Origin: Thermoproteota archaeon
GTDB taxonomy: Archaea; Asgardarchaeota; Njordarchaeia; Njordarchaeales; Panguiarchaeaceae
NCBI GenBank assembly: GCA_024720975.1
Contig: JANJXX010000002.1
Location: 136,046 to 200,045, forward strand
DNA length: 64,000 bases
Direction of reading: 5' to 3'
Both the position numbers and the translations under genes were made by a program. The notes under the pieces are model-generated. The model was given only the letters and a program-made list of their open reading frames with translations. It ran no database searches and was not told the origin of the DNA. This document shows positions 62,396-64,000 of this stretch, piece after piece (position 1 is the first letter of the stretch; every line of letters begins with the position of its first letter).

Positions 62396-63859
62396 ATGTC
62401 TAGTGGGCTTGGTATGCTTGCGAAATTTTCCCTTTGGGCCTTTATGATATTAATGGCTTCATCAATAGGTCTAGCGATCTTAGCCTCGAGTATGAATTAC
62501 GTATCAACGCCATACTCTTTAATATCAACAGCTAAAAATGGGCTCTCAGAACTGCGTAAAATTTTGAGAGATAATGGATTTGAAACATCAGTCATTATAA
62601 GTGATCCTGAGGCAGCTATGAATCTAAACGAACCCCTAGTTTACGTGATAATCGGCCCCACTTTAGATTACGACATGCAATCTCTAATAACATTGTTATA
62701 CCTCCTTCAAAATGGATCTAGCCTAATGATAGTCGACGACTTTGGGAGAGCTAACTCTATAATAGATGCATTTTTCAGTTTACTAAATCCAAATGAAATG
62801 TTCCAATTTATTTTTGGACACAAACCAGCTGATGCTAACGTCACAAAACTGAGATTGTATATTAACACATCCGTTGTTGTTTTGGATGCAAGCAGCTACT
62901 GGAAAAATCCCGCAAATATTATCGTGGAAGATTTTGACAGAAGTCTTGGGATATTTTCGCCGAATGTGCAGCGAATTCTGGCCAGGTTTGCATCTACCTT
63001 CTTTATTGATGTGGAACTATCATACATCAATGGCAGCAAGAAAAGATACAACGTTCCAATTCCAAGTGAACTAGGAATAATGCGAACTACCCAATACAGT
63101 TGGCTTGAAACAGATTTGAAGAGTATTATAGAAGGTACAGCAAGACCTGACTATACTGAATTCGGAGGGGTACCATTTACCATTGGATTAACTTTCACAA
63201 TAGGAGGCAGTAGAATAATGATAATATCAGATCCTGATATATTCACAAATGAAGCCTTCGAAATCTCCCAAAAAAGTGGATTTGATAATAGGGCATTCGC
63301 CCTCGATGTTTTCCGCTGGTTAAGCGATGGAAAGAGAAGAATTGTACTATTCGATGAATCTCGAAAAGGAATCACGCCAGAAAACCCGTTATTTGGAATA
63401 GCTGTTTCTGTGAAAGCAATCTCATTCATTTCTAGGTATTGGATCATTGCACCACTAATACCTCTAATTTTTACTCTCTTCTTTGCTGCCTATATTCCAC
63501 GGCAATTTAAGGAAGAAGTAAAGATTTTCAAAGTGACGAGGAAGAGAGAAGGAATTCCTCCATACTATGGTAGGTATCTCTGGTATATGTATAAAGGTGG
63601 TCTCGAGGAAGCATTCAAGATTATCGTGGGTGACCTCAAGCAAGCTATAAAACTCAAGACCGGCACAACTGAAACCGAATGGGATAGAATACTTGAACAT
63701 CTAAAGAGAGTAAGACCAGATCTTTCAAATTTAACTGATCAACTAGGGGAAATAACGAAGATATGGGATCTGATGATGAAAGGCAAAAGGGTTAAACTAA
63801 GAATAACAGACTACACTAAAATGTTTGAGTTAATAAAGCAAATTAGGAGTAAACTATAG
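62396..63859 (+). CDS. DUF4350-like membrane-anchored protein
   Basis: N-terminal TM, NGLSEL, GSSLMIVDDFG.AN, IISDPDIFTN, DNRAF, VLFDES, second TM. Confidence 0.75.
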   Translation: MSSGLGMLAKFSLWAFMILMASSIGLAILASSMNYVSTPYSLISTAKNGLSELRKILRDNGFETSVIISDPEAAMNLNEPLVYVIIGPTLDYDMQSLITLLYLLQNGSSLMIVDDFGRANSIIDAFFSLLNPNEMFQFIFGHKPADANVTKLRLYINTSVVVLDASSYWKNPANIIVEDFDRSLGIFSPNVQRILARFASTFFIDVELSYINGSKKRYNVPIPSELGIMRTTQYSWLETDLKSIIEGTARPDYTEFGGVPFTIGLTFTIGGSRIMIISDPDIFTNEAFEISQKSGFDNRAFALDVFRWLSDGKRRIVLFDESRKGITPENPLFGIAVSVKAISFISRYWIIAPLIPLIFTLFFAAYIPRQFKEEVKIFKVTRKREGIPPYYGRYLWYMYKGGLEEAFKIIVGDLKQAIKLKTGTTETEWDRILEHLKRVRPDLSNLTDQLGEITKIWDLMMKGKRVKLRITDYTKMFELIKQIRSKL

Positions 63860-64000
63860 TGCTTCACGTAGGATGCGCTCCAGGCTCTCTTTATCAATTT
63901 TTTCGGTTGTGCTCAACCTCTTAGAAATATCGCGTAAAAGTGCTCGTACTCTTGCATAGTCGGCCTCTTCTGAGACTTGCGCTACTATGAAATTAATCTT
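63854..64000 (-). CDS. C-terminal fragment of a gene entering from beyond the window (possibly longin/roadblock-like)
   Basis: Open frame KINFIVAQVSEEADYARVRALLRDISKRLSTTEKIDKESLERILREAL*. Confidence 0.5.
   Translation of the reverse strand, partial: KINFIVAQVSEEADYARVRALLRDISKRLSTTEKIDKESLERILREAL

Overview
Gene-dense, AT-rich archaeal chromosome segment made mostly of housekeeping genes. It encodes PolD large subunit (5'-truncated), pyruvate:ferredoxin oxidoreductase porCDAB, RNase P proteins, EndA, PyrB, ABCE1, GPN GTPase, FAU-1, proteasome alpha/beta, RPA, Lhr, TFE-like, A-type ATPase B, aCPSF1, GatD, PyrG, thermosome, six ribosomal proteins, YchF, Rqc2, MCM, seven tRNAs (three with introns) and an SRP RNA. 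PolD together with a Rab-like GTPase, an EMC6-like protein, a Cren7-like domain and a crenarchaeal-loop EndA suggests a thermophilic Asgard or deep TACK-related archaeon (inference). No CRISPR array, rRNA, integrase or transposase is visible. Most notable observations: (1) a ~1 kb non-coding locus with ORB-like boxes and 14 GTGAA/TTCAC motifs, flanked by two winged-helix genes and no cdc6 (candidate replication origin); (2) a ~210-nt SRP RNA apparently lacking the Alu domain, whose ends form a relaxed bulge-helix-bulge (candidate circular SRP RNA); (3) an orphan PglZ-domain protein; (4) a Cren7-like zinc ribbon fused to a PCI-like winged helix; (5) an RNase P Rpp29 gene that can only start at a non-canonical codon such as ATA. 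All family calls come from motif recognition by eye; no database searches were run.
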